Counted from the stretch's first letter, positions 1 through 10,467 are shown. The stretch is 64,000 bases of DNA from Candidatus Thorarchaeota archaeon (GCA_046482545.1 JAWOEX010000039.1:136898-200897), one strand, 5' to 3'. Translations and numbers: made by a program. The notes: generated by a model from the letters alone, not told the origin.

Positions 1-23
1 TGACAGAGGGAAAATCAGGCCAA

Positions 24-911
24 TTGCCTGTTATCCAGATGACAGTGGAGATTCCCAAGGATATCAAGGAGACTTGGGACCTCTTTCTAAACGATCTGGT
101 CATGCTGCAGTGGCTCGGAAATGAAATCACAGCCAACCTGAAGGAGGGCGGAAAGATACAGTTTCTTGGAGACAATGCGCCCCATTCTCCCGAAGTTGCT
201 AGCCAGTGGACCATTAAGAAAATCAAGGAGCATCGAGCGATTTTGTTCGAATGGGATATTCTGGGTGTGGAAACACTGGTAGTGTTCAATTTCAGCCCCT
301 TTCAGACTGGAACTCTCATCGAGCTGAATCACGGTCCGGTTCCGGCTGCTGCACTACCTCTGAATATGCCAGAACACTGGACCATCATGCTCGCCAATTT
401 CAAATCATTTGTAGTATTAGGTGAACCAGCCCATAGGTTCGACTACTCAGATTATCATCCACTCAGACCTACGCGGTATGATCCAAAGGAAGTTCGTCAG
501 AGTGTACTAATCAGAGCACCACCAGAACTGCCATTCGATGTCTGGACCAACCCTGAAAAGCTGAAGCGATTCATCCAAGCAGAAAATCCGGTTGTCGATA
601 GACGATATGCTGGTCTATATACATGGTGGGCGGAAGGCAAGGGACCAGTCGTTTTCAGAAAGCTGGAAGAAAACGAAGAGATAGAGTTCAGCTGGGTATA
701 TGGTGATGAGCCGGAAACAATCGTAAACGTAAGATTCGAACAAGTTGAAGACGATACGTTGGTTACTCTTCACCACTATGGATTTCGTAAACCTGAAGAC
801 GTAATTGGTTATCGAGTTGGATGGGCTTCTGTACTTTGTGAGTTAAAGCTTGTCTGTGAATTGGGGGACTCGGGCATTACGCGTATAAGGGGCTGGGGAG
901 AAGGTCTGTAA
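24..911 (+). CDS. Tandem SRPBCC/AHSA1-like (START-fold) domain protein
   Basis: Two similar halves (I...W..F.....L..W...F.W....T.V...F......T...L.H....W...L), typical of Aha1 C-terminal/SRPBCC domains; TTG start. Confidence 0.75.
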   Translation: MPVIQMTVEIPKDIKETWDLFLNDLVMLQWLGNEITANLKEGGKIQFLGDNAPHSPEVASQWTIKKIKEHRAILFEWDILGVETLVVFNFSPFQTGTLIELNHGPVPAAALPLNMPEHWTIMLANFKSFVVLGEPAHRFDYSDYHPLRPTRYDPKEVRQSVLIRAPPELPFDVWTNPEKLKRFIQAENPVVDRRYAGLYTWWAEGKGPVVFRKLEENEEIEFSWVYGDEPETIVNVRFEQVEDDTLVTLHHYGFRKPEDVIGYRVGWASVLCELKLVCELGDSGITRIRGWGEGL

Positions 912-977
912 TAGCAGGCTATTTGGGCTCAGAAAGACACATTAGCCGAACGGGATACTGAAGTAGATGTTGCCCCG

Positions 978-1691
978 ATGATAGCCTTCAATCTCGCACC
1001 TCCAACAGCCCATGATATCTTTTTGGCCGTCGTCTCGCTCTCAGCAATTTACTCTGCGCTTTATATCGCAGTAGTACTGAATAGAGAAGGTAGACCTGCG
1101 TGGATTGGCCGAAAAGTGATTCATATCTCAGCTGGAACAATTATTGCACTTGTGCTCGTGTCTTTTTCCAGCCTGTATGCGCCTACAGTCACGTTAGTGG
1201 TCTTCCTTGGAAGCTTGTTTCTGGCATCTCTTTTCAACTTTGAATCTGTAAAAACCATGATTAACGCCGCCTCTAGAGAGGATGGAAGTACACAGGGGGC
1301 AGTCGCATCTGCAGCTGGAGCAGTTGTCTCGTATGGCATCGTGTTCTTTCTGACTGCTGATTCTCAATGGATTTTCGTGGCCGCCGTATTAGCAGTATCT
1401 TGGGGCGACGGCGCAGGAGAAATGATAGGGCGTCCTTTTGGGAACACGCACTATACAGTCGCGAAGACAACACGTTCACTTGAAGGAAGTCTAGCCGTGT
1501 TCGTCTTGACTGGACTAGCAGTTTCTGTTTCAATCGGCCTGTTCGGAAGTCACAAAGTCAGTTGTATCCTTCTATGGATCATTGGTGCGTCTCTGGTCGT
1601 TGCTCTGTTGGAAGCTGTTTCGCCATACTGGACTGACAATGTCTTCATTCCATTAGCTGTTGCATCAATGCTCACTCTACTGTCCTCTTAG
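978..1691 (+). CDS. Dolichol/phytol/diacylglycerol kinase family (CTP-dependent) membrane protein
   Basis: Motifs RKVIH, SWGDGAG.MIG..FG, RSLEGS, E......DN..IP; multiple TM helices. Confidence 0.8.
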   Translation: MIAFNLAPPTAHDIFLAVVSLSAIYSALYIAVVLNREGRPAWIGRKVIHISAGTIIALVLVSFSSLYAPTVTLVVFLGSLFLASLFNFESVKTMINAASREDGSTQGAVASAAGAVVSYGIVFFLTADSQWIFVAAVLAVSWGDGAGEMIGRPFGNTHYTVAKTTRSLEGSLAVFVLTGLAVSVSIGLFGSHKVSCILLWIIGASLVVALLEAVSPYWTDNVFIPLAVASMLTLLSS

Positions 1692-1737
1692 TTCGTCTTT
1701 CTTCTGTGAAGAATGGATGATTCAGTGTCAGGGAGGA

Positions 1738-2493
1738 TCAGAAAAGCAACACATCAGGGAAGATGAAAATCCACATGAACAATGCGGTGCCCCATGGTAA
1801 CAAGAGATTATCGAGCCATCTTCGACTGACAAACTCAAGAAATGAAATACAAAGGCCAATTACTAGGATAGGAACGGGAGTATCGGGAATAGAGGCAGGC
1901 GAATACAGGAGCAATGATGTCATACATGCAAGTATAGAAAAGACGAAGACCGCGATAGCACCCTCAATGGATTTGTCTCCGAAAGGTCTTCTAATCAGGG
2001 TCCCCCCATAGGGCCTGCCGATGATTTCTCCTGCTGCGTCGCCCCACGATACCGCGAGGATAGAGGCTACAAGAATACTCGGCTCCTTCAAGAATAGGAG
2101 GAAAACTAAGCCAAATGATATTAACCCAAAGATTCCTGAAGCGAATGTTCCGAAAGAGTTCTCTCCATCTCGACTCCCAGCAACAAGCAAATCCGATATC
2201 AAACTGCTATCGTGGGCCCATACATACATGAGAAAGCCGCAGAAGATTACTGTTGCAAGTACAGGACCACTGATGGTAGAATATCTCATTATTGTAAGGC
2301 CGATAATTGTTCCCATAGAAATATGAACCATCTTTCTAGCCTTCCAGCTTTCCACACCGTTTCCATGCCAATGGTAGGCTATTGCCAGTATAACAGATCC
2401 AGCTACCCCAGTAAGCACTGCAAGAGCTACGTCCATGCAGGTTAATGCCCCGAAGAATAGATGAACCATGATTCTCAGAGAAAAATCAGACAT
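1738..2493 (-). CDS. Dolichol/phytol kinase family membrane protein (paralog of 978-1691)
   Basis: Motifs RKMVH, SWGDAAGEIIG, KSIEG, LDNLLLP. Confidence 0.8.
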   Translation of the reverse strand: MSDFSLRIMVHLFFGALTCMDVALAVLTGVAGSVILAIAYHWHGNGVESWKARKMVHISMGTIIGLTIMRYSTISGPVLATVIFCGFLMYVWAHDSSLISDLLVAGSRDGENSFGTFASGIFGLISFGLVFLLFLKEPSILVASILAVSWGDAAGEIIGRPYGGTLIRRPFGDKSIEGAIAVFVFSILACMTSLLLYSPASIPDTPVPILVIGLCISFLEFVSRRWLDNLLLPWGTALFMWIFIFPDVLLF

Positions 2494-2559
2494 GCTCCCT
2501 TTTGTATATTGTTAAGGCCTAGACCCTTCTGGGCCATAATTGGGTGGTAGGCGCCCATC

Positions 2560-3138
2560 AATCTGTACACTTAACTATTCTAGATAACCTGTTTCTTACA
2601 GTTTTAGGAACTGTGTGAAACTCCTGTGTTCCACCCTTCCCCTGCCCAGCGTTGCCGCTATACCGGGGCACTACCCCGGCCAAGCAAGGGCTTTGGCCGC
2701 CATCATCAGGACACGGTCCCTCGTGCGGTCTCGGCTTCTGTCTCCTGCCCTGACCCGGACACATCACTCCCGGGGCAGCGAGTGTTTCCACAGCTTTTGC
2801 CACGGCGGAGTTATTATCGCTCGCTCCAGTCTCGTCACCGAAACTGGACAGGTCCAGTTGGACAAAGCGAACAGCCGCAGACTCTCCAGGGCCTGATGAG
2901 GACCCTTGTTTGGAGAGTGAGGTCTTCTGCTTAGAAGACGGGGTCTTCCTCACAGCCTTCGGGCTGGGCGCTTCTCCCGCGGGGGAGTGGCCCACCGCCC
3001 TAGTCCTACTAGACTCGGATTTCTTACTAGGCCTAATAAACTCCCCTCGTCCGGTGTGACAATAGTACTTGCAGGAAATTTTATACAAATCTTACACATT
3101 TGCACTCGGATTTTTACGATTCTTGTAAAACTTGCCTA
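2560..3138 (-). mobile_element. Internally deleted IS200/IS605/IS607-type element: putative tnpB 3' remnant plus omegaRNA-like right end
   Basis: GC-rich intergenic block. Its translation (..KQKTSLSKQGSSSGPGESAAVRFVQLDLSSFGDETGASDNNSAVAKAVETL.., then QETEAETARGTVS* in a shifted frame, TGA at 2706-2708) resembles, from recall, the low-complexity C-terminal tail of Asgard TnpB-family proteins. No RuvC or Zn-finger part is present. The downstream 130 nt recur at 22404-22534. Boundaries are approximate. Confidence 0.5.
2578..2708 (-). ncRNA. Putative structured RNA (omegaRNA/reRNA scaffold-like), copy 1
   Basis: 62/69 nt identical to 22466-22534; minus-strand stems CCCUUGCUUGGC/GCUGGGCAGGGG, CCGGGG/CCCCGG and ACAGUU/AACUGU. 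Confidence 0.55.
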
Positions 3139-3147
3139 CTCTAGATG

Positions 3148-3278
3148 GGCTCTGTGTGAAAAGTCAACAAGGAAGTAAGGAAACGGAGCAATCAAATTAC
3201 AAGATGCCTGATTTCTAACTTCATTTCCCTGTTTTGCGATCAGTCACATTCATCGCTAAAGACTTTTCACACAGCACC
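3148..3278. mobile_element. MITE (131 bp) with 18-bp terminal inverted repeats and 9-bp target-site duplication
   Basis: Left end GGCTCTGTGTGAAAAGTC (3148-3165) and right end GACTTTTCACACAGCACC (3261-3278) are 16/18 inverted; CTCTAGATG flanks both ends (3139-3147, 3279-3287). Confidence 0.85.
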
Positions 3279-3419
3279 CTCTAGATGCTAGGGCTTATAT
3301 TGTCTTGTTCACCATACAAGTTGCTTACAATCTAGATATTCCAGGTCGCACATTTATTGACCAAAGAAATACCTTAGATATAATGAACAGCAGACCAAGT
3401 GTGAGTGGGAGGTTAGATA

Positions 3420-4028
3420 TTGAGAGATCAGGATGACGGTAGCAAAGTTGTCAAATCAGTACTCATCGGAGATGCCGCAGTGGGCAAGACGAGCATACGG
3501 CGGAATTACTTAGGCGAAGGCTTCGAGGCATCTCATCTACCAACTATAGGTGTAGACCTAGCCACAAAGAAAGTGCTTTTTGGGGATGATCTTGTCAAAT
3601 TTGTGATTTGGGACCTAGCAGGCCAGCACAACTTCAAGTCGGTCAGGGGCCATTACTATCACGGTTCAAATGGAATCATTCTTGTGTACGATGTTGTGAA
3701 TCGTGAATCTTTCTTCAATGCATCCAAGTGGTTGGTTGAAGCATACCGCAACATGGGACCCCTTCCACCGACAATAATTGTGGGTAACAAGATAGATCTC
3801 AGACAAAGACCAGAATACACTGATGTAGTAACCACCGAAGAAGGAAAAGCATTCAGGGACAAATTCATTGAGAAGCTTGGTGTACCTGCTGTTTTCAAGG
3901 AAACCTCAGCCAAGACTGGGGAGAATATCGACGACACCTTTACTGAACTCTTGGCCATGATGGAGAAAGACAGGCAACGAGAAGCCCCCGAAATCTACCA
4001 AAGCGAAAGTGCACCACGTATCAAGTAG
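3420..4028 (+). CDS. Rab-like small GTPase (Ras superfamily, eukaryotic signature protein)
   Basis: G1 GDAAVGKTS, G2 PTIGVD, G3 WDLAGQ, G4 NKID, G5 ETSAK; GGGAGG upstream of TTG start. Confidence 0.92.
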   Translation: MRDQDDGSKVVKSVLIGDAAVGKTSIRRNYLGEGFEASHLPTIGVDLATKKVLFGDDLVKFVIWDLAGQHNFKSVRGHYYHGSNGIILVYDVVNRESFFNASKWLVEAYRNMGPLPPTIIVGNKIDLRQRPEYTDVVTTEEGKAFRDKFIEKLGVPAVFKETSAKTGENIDDTFTELLAMMEKDRQREAPEIYQSESAPRIK

Positions 4029-4149
4029 AAGTATCCTTCAGATTTTCGATAGCACTCAATCGCAACTATTATTAGGATAAAGCCGTTAACTATTGTTAAA
4101 GGTATATGCACTAGCAGTAGTACTGCACTGCCTTTTCAGAGGGGTATTA

Positions 4150-6921
4150 ATGAACCAAGAAGAAAAAGAAAAGAAACAGAAGAAGCTATCAATTAATGTT
4201 GAAGGAATGCATTGTGCTTCGTGTGTTGCAACCATCGAAAAATCACTACTGAACGAAGATGGCGTTATCAAAGCCAGTGTGAATCTTCTTGATGAAAAAG
4301 CACTTGTCCAATATGATGCTGGTAAAGTGAATCGCTCAAAGCTAGAGAAAGCGGTTGAGAACACTGGTTACAAGGTAAGAAGGGCGGGCATAACTTACTC
4401 TCTCGATCCCACTCCTGAAACTGACGGATGGGAAACTATTCGGGAAAACATGCAAAGTATGGAGGGCATTATCACAGTAAACACGTACCCGGAAACCGGA
4501 CGTGTTCTGTTAGAGTTCGACGAAGAGCTGCTCAAACCTAGAACAATCAAGAATGAGTTAGAGGGTTTGGGATATGATGTGGAACAAAGCGGAGGTTATG
4601 CAGCAGACAGAGAAGCTTCGGCTAGAACCGAGGAAATAAGGAACTACTTTCTGCTATTCGCATTCTCACTAACTCTGACAGTTCCAGTAGTTCTCATCAT
4701 GTTCAATGTTATCACACCATTTCTTCCATCTTGGATGCCCCCAGAGATTCTGATGTTCGTCCTTACAACCCCTGTCCAGTTCATTGCGGGATATCCTTTC
4801 TACAAAGCAAGTTTTCGCGGATTAATTCACGGCAAGACGAACATGGATACTCTCATCATGCTCGGAACGAGCGCAGCATACTTCTACTCTGTTGCTGCCA
4901 CGTTCCTGTTTCCCTCTTTCGCATCTTTCTATGACACATCGGGCATGCTAATCACCTTCATTCTGTTGGGTAGAACACTCGAAGCTATAGCGAAGGGAAG
5001 AACATCAAAAGCCATACGGAGTCTCATGAGCCTACAAGCGAAAGTCGCCAGAATCGTCCGCGATGGTGAGGAGAAGACAATACCCGTAGAGGACGTACGA
5101 CGTGATGATATAGTTCTTGTCAGACCTGGCGACAAAATTCCGGTCGATGGAGAAGTAGTAGAGGGACATTCAACCGTAGACGAGTCTATGATAACTGGCG
5201 AATCAATACCTGTTGAAAAGGCGATGGGTGATTCAGTCGTTGGAGCGACCATCAACAAGAACGGGGTTCTGCGGGTTCGTGCAACCGAAATCGGAGAGGA
5301 TACTGTTCTCTCTCAGATTGTCGAGCTTGTGGAAAAAGCACAGACAGAAAAGCCGCCTATCCAACGAAAAGCTGATGCCATAGCTGAGGTCTTTGTGCCA
5401 GTAGTTCTCTTAATCGCGGCCATAACCTTCGCGGGTTGGCTTGTCATCGGTGCTGCTTCCTGGACCCGAGCACTCAGTTTCACAATTGCGATTCTTGTTG
5501 CAGCCTGTCCTTGCGCTCTTGGACTTGCAACTCCAACGGCAATCATGGTTGGCCTAGGAAAAGGCGCAAAGAATGGAATCCTCATTAAGAACGGTTCAGC
5601 ACTAGAAGCAATCCCTAACATTGACATCATCGTTTTCGACAAAACCGGTACTCTCACGACTGGAAAGCCACAAGTGACTGACTTTATCACAGATGACGAT
5701 TTGGACAAAGAAAGCCTACTCGCAAGTATAGCATCAATCGAAAAGAACAGTGAGCATCCTCTTGCAGAGGCCATAGTTGAGTATGCGGATGACCAAACCT
5801 TGGTCACGCAATCTGTTGAAGATTTCAAAGCGTTATCTGGCATGGGTGTGAGAGCACGAATAGGTGACAATGAATATCTAATCGGCAATCAGAAATTGAT
5901 GGAAGAGAACGCTATCAGTATCAAGGATATCACGTCACACAGTAAAGTGCTGGAAGAGCAGGGTAAGACAACAGTCTATTGTGCGCAAGATGGTATTGCA
6001 AAGGGAGTTTTTGGAATCGCGGATACACTCAAAGCTAGCTCCGCTGACACCGTAGCAGCCCTTAGTAGAAAGGGAATAGAAGTCTGGATGATTACAGGAG
6101 ACAGAGAGCGTACTGGGCGGGCGATTGCAAAGAAAGTTGGGATTGACAGTGTGATGGCGGAAGTTATGCCATCGGAGAAAGCAGAAAAGATCAAGGAATT
6201 ACAGGCAGAGGGGCGGGTTGTTGCTATGACTGGGGATGGAATCAATGATGCTCCGGCCTTAGCGCAAGCAGACGTAGGCATTGCTCTTGGCTCTGGTACT
6301 GATGTATCGGTTGAAACTGGTGATATAGTGCTGGTGCGAGACAACCTTCTCGATGTGGTCAATGCCATTGAACTAGGTAATCGTACTATGACAAAAATCA
6401 AACAAGGCTTTTTCTGGGCACTTGTCTACAACATGGCGTTATTGCCAATCGCTGCAGGACTGCTTTATCCTTTGTTTGGATTGGCATTACGGCCAGAATT
6501 TGCCGGGCTTGCGATGGCATTATCAAGCGTAAGTGTCGTGTCCAATGCGCTACTACTGAACAGGTTCGAACCGAGTCGTGATACTGAATCTCAGACGGAA
6601 CCCGTTCCGAGAGATCACCAAGTTGTAATTGATCCTGCGTGTGGAATGGAAGTTGACCCAGAGACCTCGCATCTGTACACTGACTATGAAGATAAAAGAT
6701 ACTACTTCTGTGCTCCCAGATGCAAGAAGAAGTTCGAGGAAAATCCAAAGAAGTTCATAGGCAAATATGAAGAGCAAGAAATTGCAATCGATCCTGTTTG
6801 CAAAATGGAAGTCAATCCCCAGACCACCGACCTTTATACAGATTATCAGGGCGAGAGGTTCTATTTTTGCAATCCATATTGCAAAACCAGATTCCGAGAG
6901 AATCCCGAAAAGTATCTGTAG
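4150..6921 (+). CDS. copA: Cu+-translocating P1B-type ATPase with N-terminal HMA and two C-terminal YHS/TRASH domains
   Basis: [40 protein letters not shown] and MALSS motifs; two DP.C.M...YFC...C repeats; ATG at 4150 preferred. Confidence 0.93.
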   Translation: MNQEEKEKKQKKLSINVEGMHCASCVATIEKSLLNEDGVIKASVNLLDEKALVQYDAGKVNRSKLEKAVENTGYKVRRAGITYSLDPTPETDGWETIRENMQSMEGIITVNTYPETGRVLLEFDEELLKPRTIKNELEGLGYDVEQSGGYAADREASARTEEIRNYFLLFAFSLTLTVPVVLIMFNVITPFLPSWMPPEILMFVLTTPVQFIAGYPFYKASFRGLIHGKTNMDTLIMLGTSAAYFYSVAATFLFPSFASFYDTSGMLITFILLGRTLEAIAKGRTSKAIRSLMSLQAKVARIVRDGEEKTIPVEDVRRDDIVLVRPGDKIPVDGEVVEGHSTVDESMITGESIPVEKAMGDSVVGATINKNGVLRVRATEIGEDTVLSQIVELVEKAQTEKPPIQRKADAIAEVFVPVVLLIAAITFAGWLVIGAASWTRALSFTIAILVAACPCALGLATPTAIMVGLGKGAKNGILIKNGSALEAIPNIDIIVFDKTGTLTTGKPQVTDFITDDDLDKESLLASIASIEKNSEHPLAEAIVEYADDQTLVTQSVEDFKALSGMGVRARIGDNEYLIGNQKLMEENAISIKDITSHSKVLEEQGKTTVYCAQDGIAKGVFGIADTLKASSADTVAALSRKGIEVWMITGDRERTGRAIAKKVGIDSVMAEVMPSEKAEKIKELQAEGRVVAMTGDGINDAPALAQADVGIALGSGTDVSVETGDIVLVRDNLLDVVNAIELGNRTMTKIKQGFFWALVYNMALLPIAAGLLYPLFGLALRPEFAGLAMALSSVSVVSNALLLNRFEPSRDTESQTEPVPRDHQVVIDPACGMEVDPETSHLYTDYEDKRYYFCAPRCKKKFEENPKKFIGKYEEQEIAIDPVCKMEVNPQTTDLYTDYQGERFYFCNPYCKTRFRENPEKYL

Positions 6922-7033
6922 ATGAGTTGATATCGCCAATTTAACAACCAACCCGCAAGCAACCTCGTCTCGGTAGAAATTAATACCCCGCCCTCAGTGC
7001 AAGAGATAACCAGCATCGCCTGAGGGAAAGGGT

Positions 7034-8368
7034 TTGCTTACAAGATTTCAGAAAGTCTACTATGGAATGGCTAGATTCGGCCCGAGTGCCATGCTTGATA
7101 TGCTTGACATAGCAACTTCGCTTTTTTATTTCTCAATTCAGCGGTTACCAGCCATCTATACAGGCATATCAATGGGTGTGAGCTATATCGCAATCATGGT
7201 TTCCGAGTTGGTGTTCGGCAATCTTTCAGATCGCACACGAACAAAAGTGGGACGCCGGAAGCCTTTCGTGTTGGTAGGAGCACCAGGAATGGCTCTCTCT
7301 TTTGCACTAGTTTTCACACCGCATCTTTTCCTTGTTCAAGGTGATGTGATTGCCCTATTTCTTTACGCACTCATAACTCAAAGCCTTTTCAAAATCTTTT
7401 ACGGAATGACAATGACACCGTTCCAATCATGGATGCCGGAACTAACAGAACCCGAAGAACGGCCGAGTGTGTCATCATGGCAAAATATCGCTAATTTCAT
7501 GGGATTTGTGGTTGGTGTATTCGGAACAACATTGCTGGCTGTCGAATCCTACAGATGGTGTCTTCCTCCAACTCTTCGGTACATGTTAATCGCGTTTATT
7601 TGGATTCAGCTAGCAGGTTTCATTGCGCCTCTTACCGGGCTAAGGAAAGAGGGAAAACACATAGAGCAACCAGATCTATTGAAAGACGTGAGACGAGCCC
7701 TTCGCAATCGAGATTTCTTGGGCTGGATTCTAGCTCAGGGTCTTTTGTCAATTGGCTTCGCAATGGTGATTAAATCGGCTTTTCCATTCATCAATGACTA
7801 TCTTCATTTTGGTACAACGGAATTCGCCATATTCGGAGCCGAACTGCTCCTTATCGTGTTTGTGTTCTTCATGATATGGCGCTGGATGATTAAGAACAAA
7901 GGAAAGGGTACAACCCTCCGAACAGCTATGATTATCACTGCCTTGAGCCTAGTTCTTACCCTCATCGTGCAGAATGCCCTGCAGGGTTTTATCATGATTG
8001 CCTTAGTAGGGGTAGGGCTTGCAGGGTACTACCTGATGCCATATATCATATACGCTGATTTCGCCAACAAAGACGAGATAATCACGGGTGAATCTAGAGC
8101 TGGATTCTATACCAGTTTCCCCTCTATCCCCCTCAATACCTGTCAGGCTATCTCTGCGTTTCTGTGGGGATTCGTCTTCAGCCTACCTGAAGTTGCTCCA
8201 GTTCCGAGTACTCCCTCTGAGACGGTCAGCCTTGGCTACTTGTATTGGGGGCCGATAGCAGCGGTATTCATTCTCTTAGCGGTGGTAATATTGACCCAGA
8301 TTAACATTGATCCCGACTTCGAGAAACTGAAAAGTGTGGCACAAAGGGGGGTTCAGGGGGCTAAATGA
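7034..8368 (+). CDS. MFS transporter, glycoside-pentoside-hexuronide (MelB-like) family
   Basis: G.LSDRTRTK.GRRKPF, PELT....ER, AD...DE..TG..RAG.Y; about 12 TM helices. Confidence 0.85.
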   Translation: MLTRFQKVYYGMARFGPSAMLDMLDIATSLFYFSIQRLPAIYTGISMGVSYIAIMVSELVFGNLSDRTRTKVGRRKPFVLVGAPGMALSFALVFTPHLFLVQGDVIALFLYALITQSLFKIFYGMTMTPFQSWMPELTEPEERPSVSSWQNIANFMGFVVGVFGTTLLAVESYRWCLPPTLRYMLIAFIWIQLAGFIAPLTGLRKEGKHIEQPDLLKDVRRALRNRDFLGWILAQGLLSIGFAMVIKSAFPFINDYLHFGTTEFAIFGAELLLIVFVFFMIWRWMIKNKGKGTTLRTAMIITALSLVLTLIVQNALQGFIMIALVGVGLAGYYLMPYIIYADFANKDEIITGESRAGFYTSFPSIPLNTCQAISAFLWGFVFSLPEVAPVPSTPSETVSLGYLYWGPIAAVFILLAVVILTQINIDPDFEKLKSVAQRGVQGAK

Positions 8369-8565
8369 GAGCCCGAGAGGAATGATACGATTCAGAAGAC
8401 TGTGTCTGATTGCAGGGTTTGGTGCGGGCAATAATCGGAAACAGTCGCTGAGCTGGTTTGAGCTCATCTGGATGATAATGTCGTGTGTGGCAGTGATGAT
8501 ATGGAGGTCTACAGAATTGTTTGGTCATAAAGCGACTCTGAGTCCCCTAATATCGCTCCTGTTTC

Positions 8566-9333
8566 TTAGAAAGCAAGCCAGCCACCATCGACAGCAAGAA
8601 CGTGCCCGGTCACATATCTGGCATCATCACTAGCTAAGAAGCAGATAGCACCCCTAATCCATTCCTTCTCTGCAAGCATCGGCAATGCAGTCCGCGGTTT
8701 AATCATATTCTTTCGGATTTCATCATTCGTCATCGCATCGATGCTTTGCTCAGTAGGAAAGAAGCCAGGCGCTATTGCATTGACTCGAATATTATATTTT
8801 CCAAGTTCAACAGCTAGACCTTTTGTAAGACTCACAACCCCACCTTTGGCTGCGTAATATCCCACAACCGGAAACTGCGTTGCGCCAAATGCGAATGTGG
8901 ACGCCATATTGATTATCACTCCGGTTCTATTCGGAATCATGACCTTCGCTGCTTCACGGCTTCCAAGAAACGCAGAAGTAAGATTAAGATCTATAGCATA
9001 GCGCCAGTCCTCAAGCGTCTGTTCAATTAGCGGCTTTGACACATAGTCGCCTACGTTGTTGACCATGATGTCGAGCTTCCCGAACTCATCAACAGCAGTG
9101 TTCACTGCTCGGATGATGTTACTTTCCTTGAGGACATCAGTGAGTACAACAAGTGTCTCGACTCCGTAGTCTTTCTCAATCTTCTCCGCATTTGCCTCAA
9201 GTTCATCCTTACTGCGTGAAGCCAAGACTATGTTGGCCCCAGACTCAGCAAGACCGTAACAGAACTGTTCACCTAGTCCGGCTGAAGCACCAGTTACAAT
9301 AGCTGTTTTGTCACCCAAATCATAATCGGCCAT
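8566..9333 (-). CDS. Short-chain dehydrogenase/reductase (FabG-like)
   Basis: TGASAGLG, VNN.G, YYAAK, NAIAPG, VDGG. Confidence 0.9.
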   Translation of the reverse strand: MADYDLGDKTAIVTGASAGLGEQFCYGLAESGANIVLASRSKDELEANAEKIEKDYGVETLVVLTDVLKESNIIRAVNTAVDEFGKLDIMVNNVGDYVSKPLIEQTLEDWRYAIDLNLTSAFLGSREAAKVMIPNRTGVIINMASTFAFGATQFPVVGYYAAKGGVVSLTKGLAVELGKYNIRVNAIAPGFFPTEQSIDAMTNDEIRKNMIKPRTALPMLAEKEWIRGAICFLASDDARYVTGHVLAVDGGWLAF

Positions 9334-9411
9334 TACATCAACACATCCGAGATAGTATTCACTGTTCGTTGATGACGTATTAAATGCTTAAGGCAAGAAG
9401 AACCGCAATAC

Positions 9412-10374
9412 CTAGCCAGGCGGTACGTCGCATTCCTCATCATCTTGTTGAATGAATTCATTCCCCGCTTGCCGAATCTGGTAGTATCTTAGAAGACCAA
9501 TCGGAACCACAATGAACAGCCAGATGATTATGTCACCGATAGTAGCAATCATGATGCTCTGATCAGCAGGATCGAGCCACATTTGTCCCAGTTTCATCAT
9601 CTTCACAAGGGGGAATACCAAGACCAAGCCGAATACTCGCTTGAGCCCGACAGCATCAACCTCGCAGGCAATCCGTGGACCAATCTGAGCGCCGACTATC
9701 ATGCCTATGCCCAGAGCTATAGCGAAGAATGGATTGATGTGGCCACCCGTGTAGTTTCGAAGTGTGCCAGCGCTTGCAGTGAAAATCATCGTGAACATGG
9801 AAGTTGCGACAGCCCCGTGAATGGGCATGCCCATCAGAATTGTCAACACTGGAACGACAACTGCACCACCACCTATCCCAAGTAACCCTGCAGCCGTACC
9901 GCCGACAAAGCCGCCGACAAGTGATATCGCAAGTCTTGTGTAACTTATATCTGAAAAATCGAATAATGCCATATCTTCAGCAGAAGTGCCCCGGCGTTTG
10001 GCGAATAGCATTTTCAGCGCAACAGGGAAGAGCGAGATGCCAAAAATCAATCGGAGGATGTAATCATTAGGAATAATCTCTCGTAGTACAACACCCACCA
10101 GGGAACCAGGGATCGTCGTTATGGCTAGGAACAGTCCTGCTTTCGGAACTATCGGAGATGGATCTTGCCGTGCGTAAGAAATCGTACTTGCTACCGCAAC
10201 AAATAGGGCTGCAACCAAGGCTGTTGCCGGTGCCGCCTGTTCGTTCAGTAGGAACACAATAATGAGTAGAGGCGTATTGATAATTCCGCCACCGATCCCT
10301 ACCATAGAAGAAATCGTTCCAACGGCGATGGCGAATAGTGCTATTGGCAAAATGTCAAGCAGCAGTTGTTGCAT
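9412..10374 (-). CDS. Sulfite exporter TauE/SafE family membrane protein
   Basis: Duplicated GIGGG...P motifs; hydrophobic. Confidence 0.88.
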   Translation of the reverse strand: MQQLLLDILPIALFAIAVGTISSMVGIGGGIINTPLLIIVFLLNEQAAPATALVAALFVAVASTISYARQDPSPIVPKAGLFLAITTIPGSLVGVVLREIIPNDYILRLIFGISLFPVALKMLFAKRRGTSAEDMALFDFSDISYTRLAISLVGGFVGGTAAGLLGIGGGAVVVPVLTILMGMPIHGAVATSMFTMIFTASAGTLRNYTGGHINPFFAIALGIGMIVGAQIGPRIACEVDAVGLKRVFGLVLVFPLVKMMKLGQMWLDPADQSIMIATIGDIIIWLFIVVPIGLLRYYQIRQAGNEFIQQDDEECDVPPG

Positions 10375-10467
10375 TTGAATCGTCCATCCGGCAACACTCC
10401 GAGCGACTGTACGGGTACTTAAAGCGTACTATGCATACACCTCGATTCTATTGCAATGCATCAGCCA

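Noticed and set aside
2558-3088. 176-aa ORF as a functional protein
   Set aside because: Low-complexity, runs through the repeated RNA-like block, and has no catalytic motifs; better explained as a mobile-element remnant.
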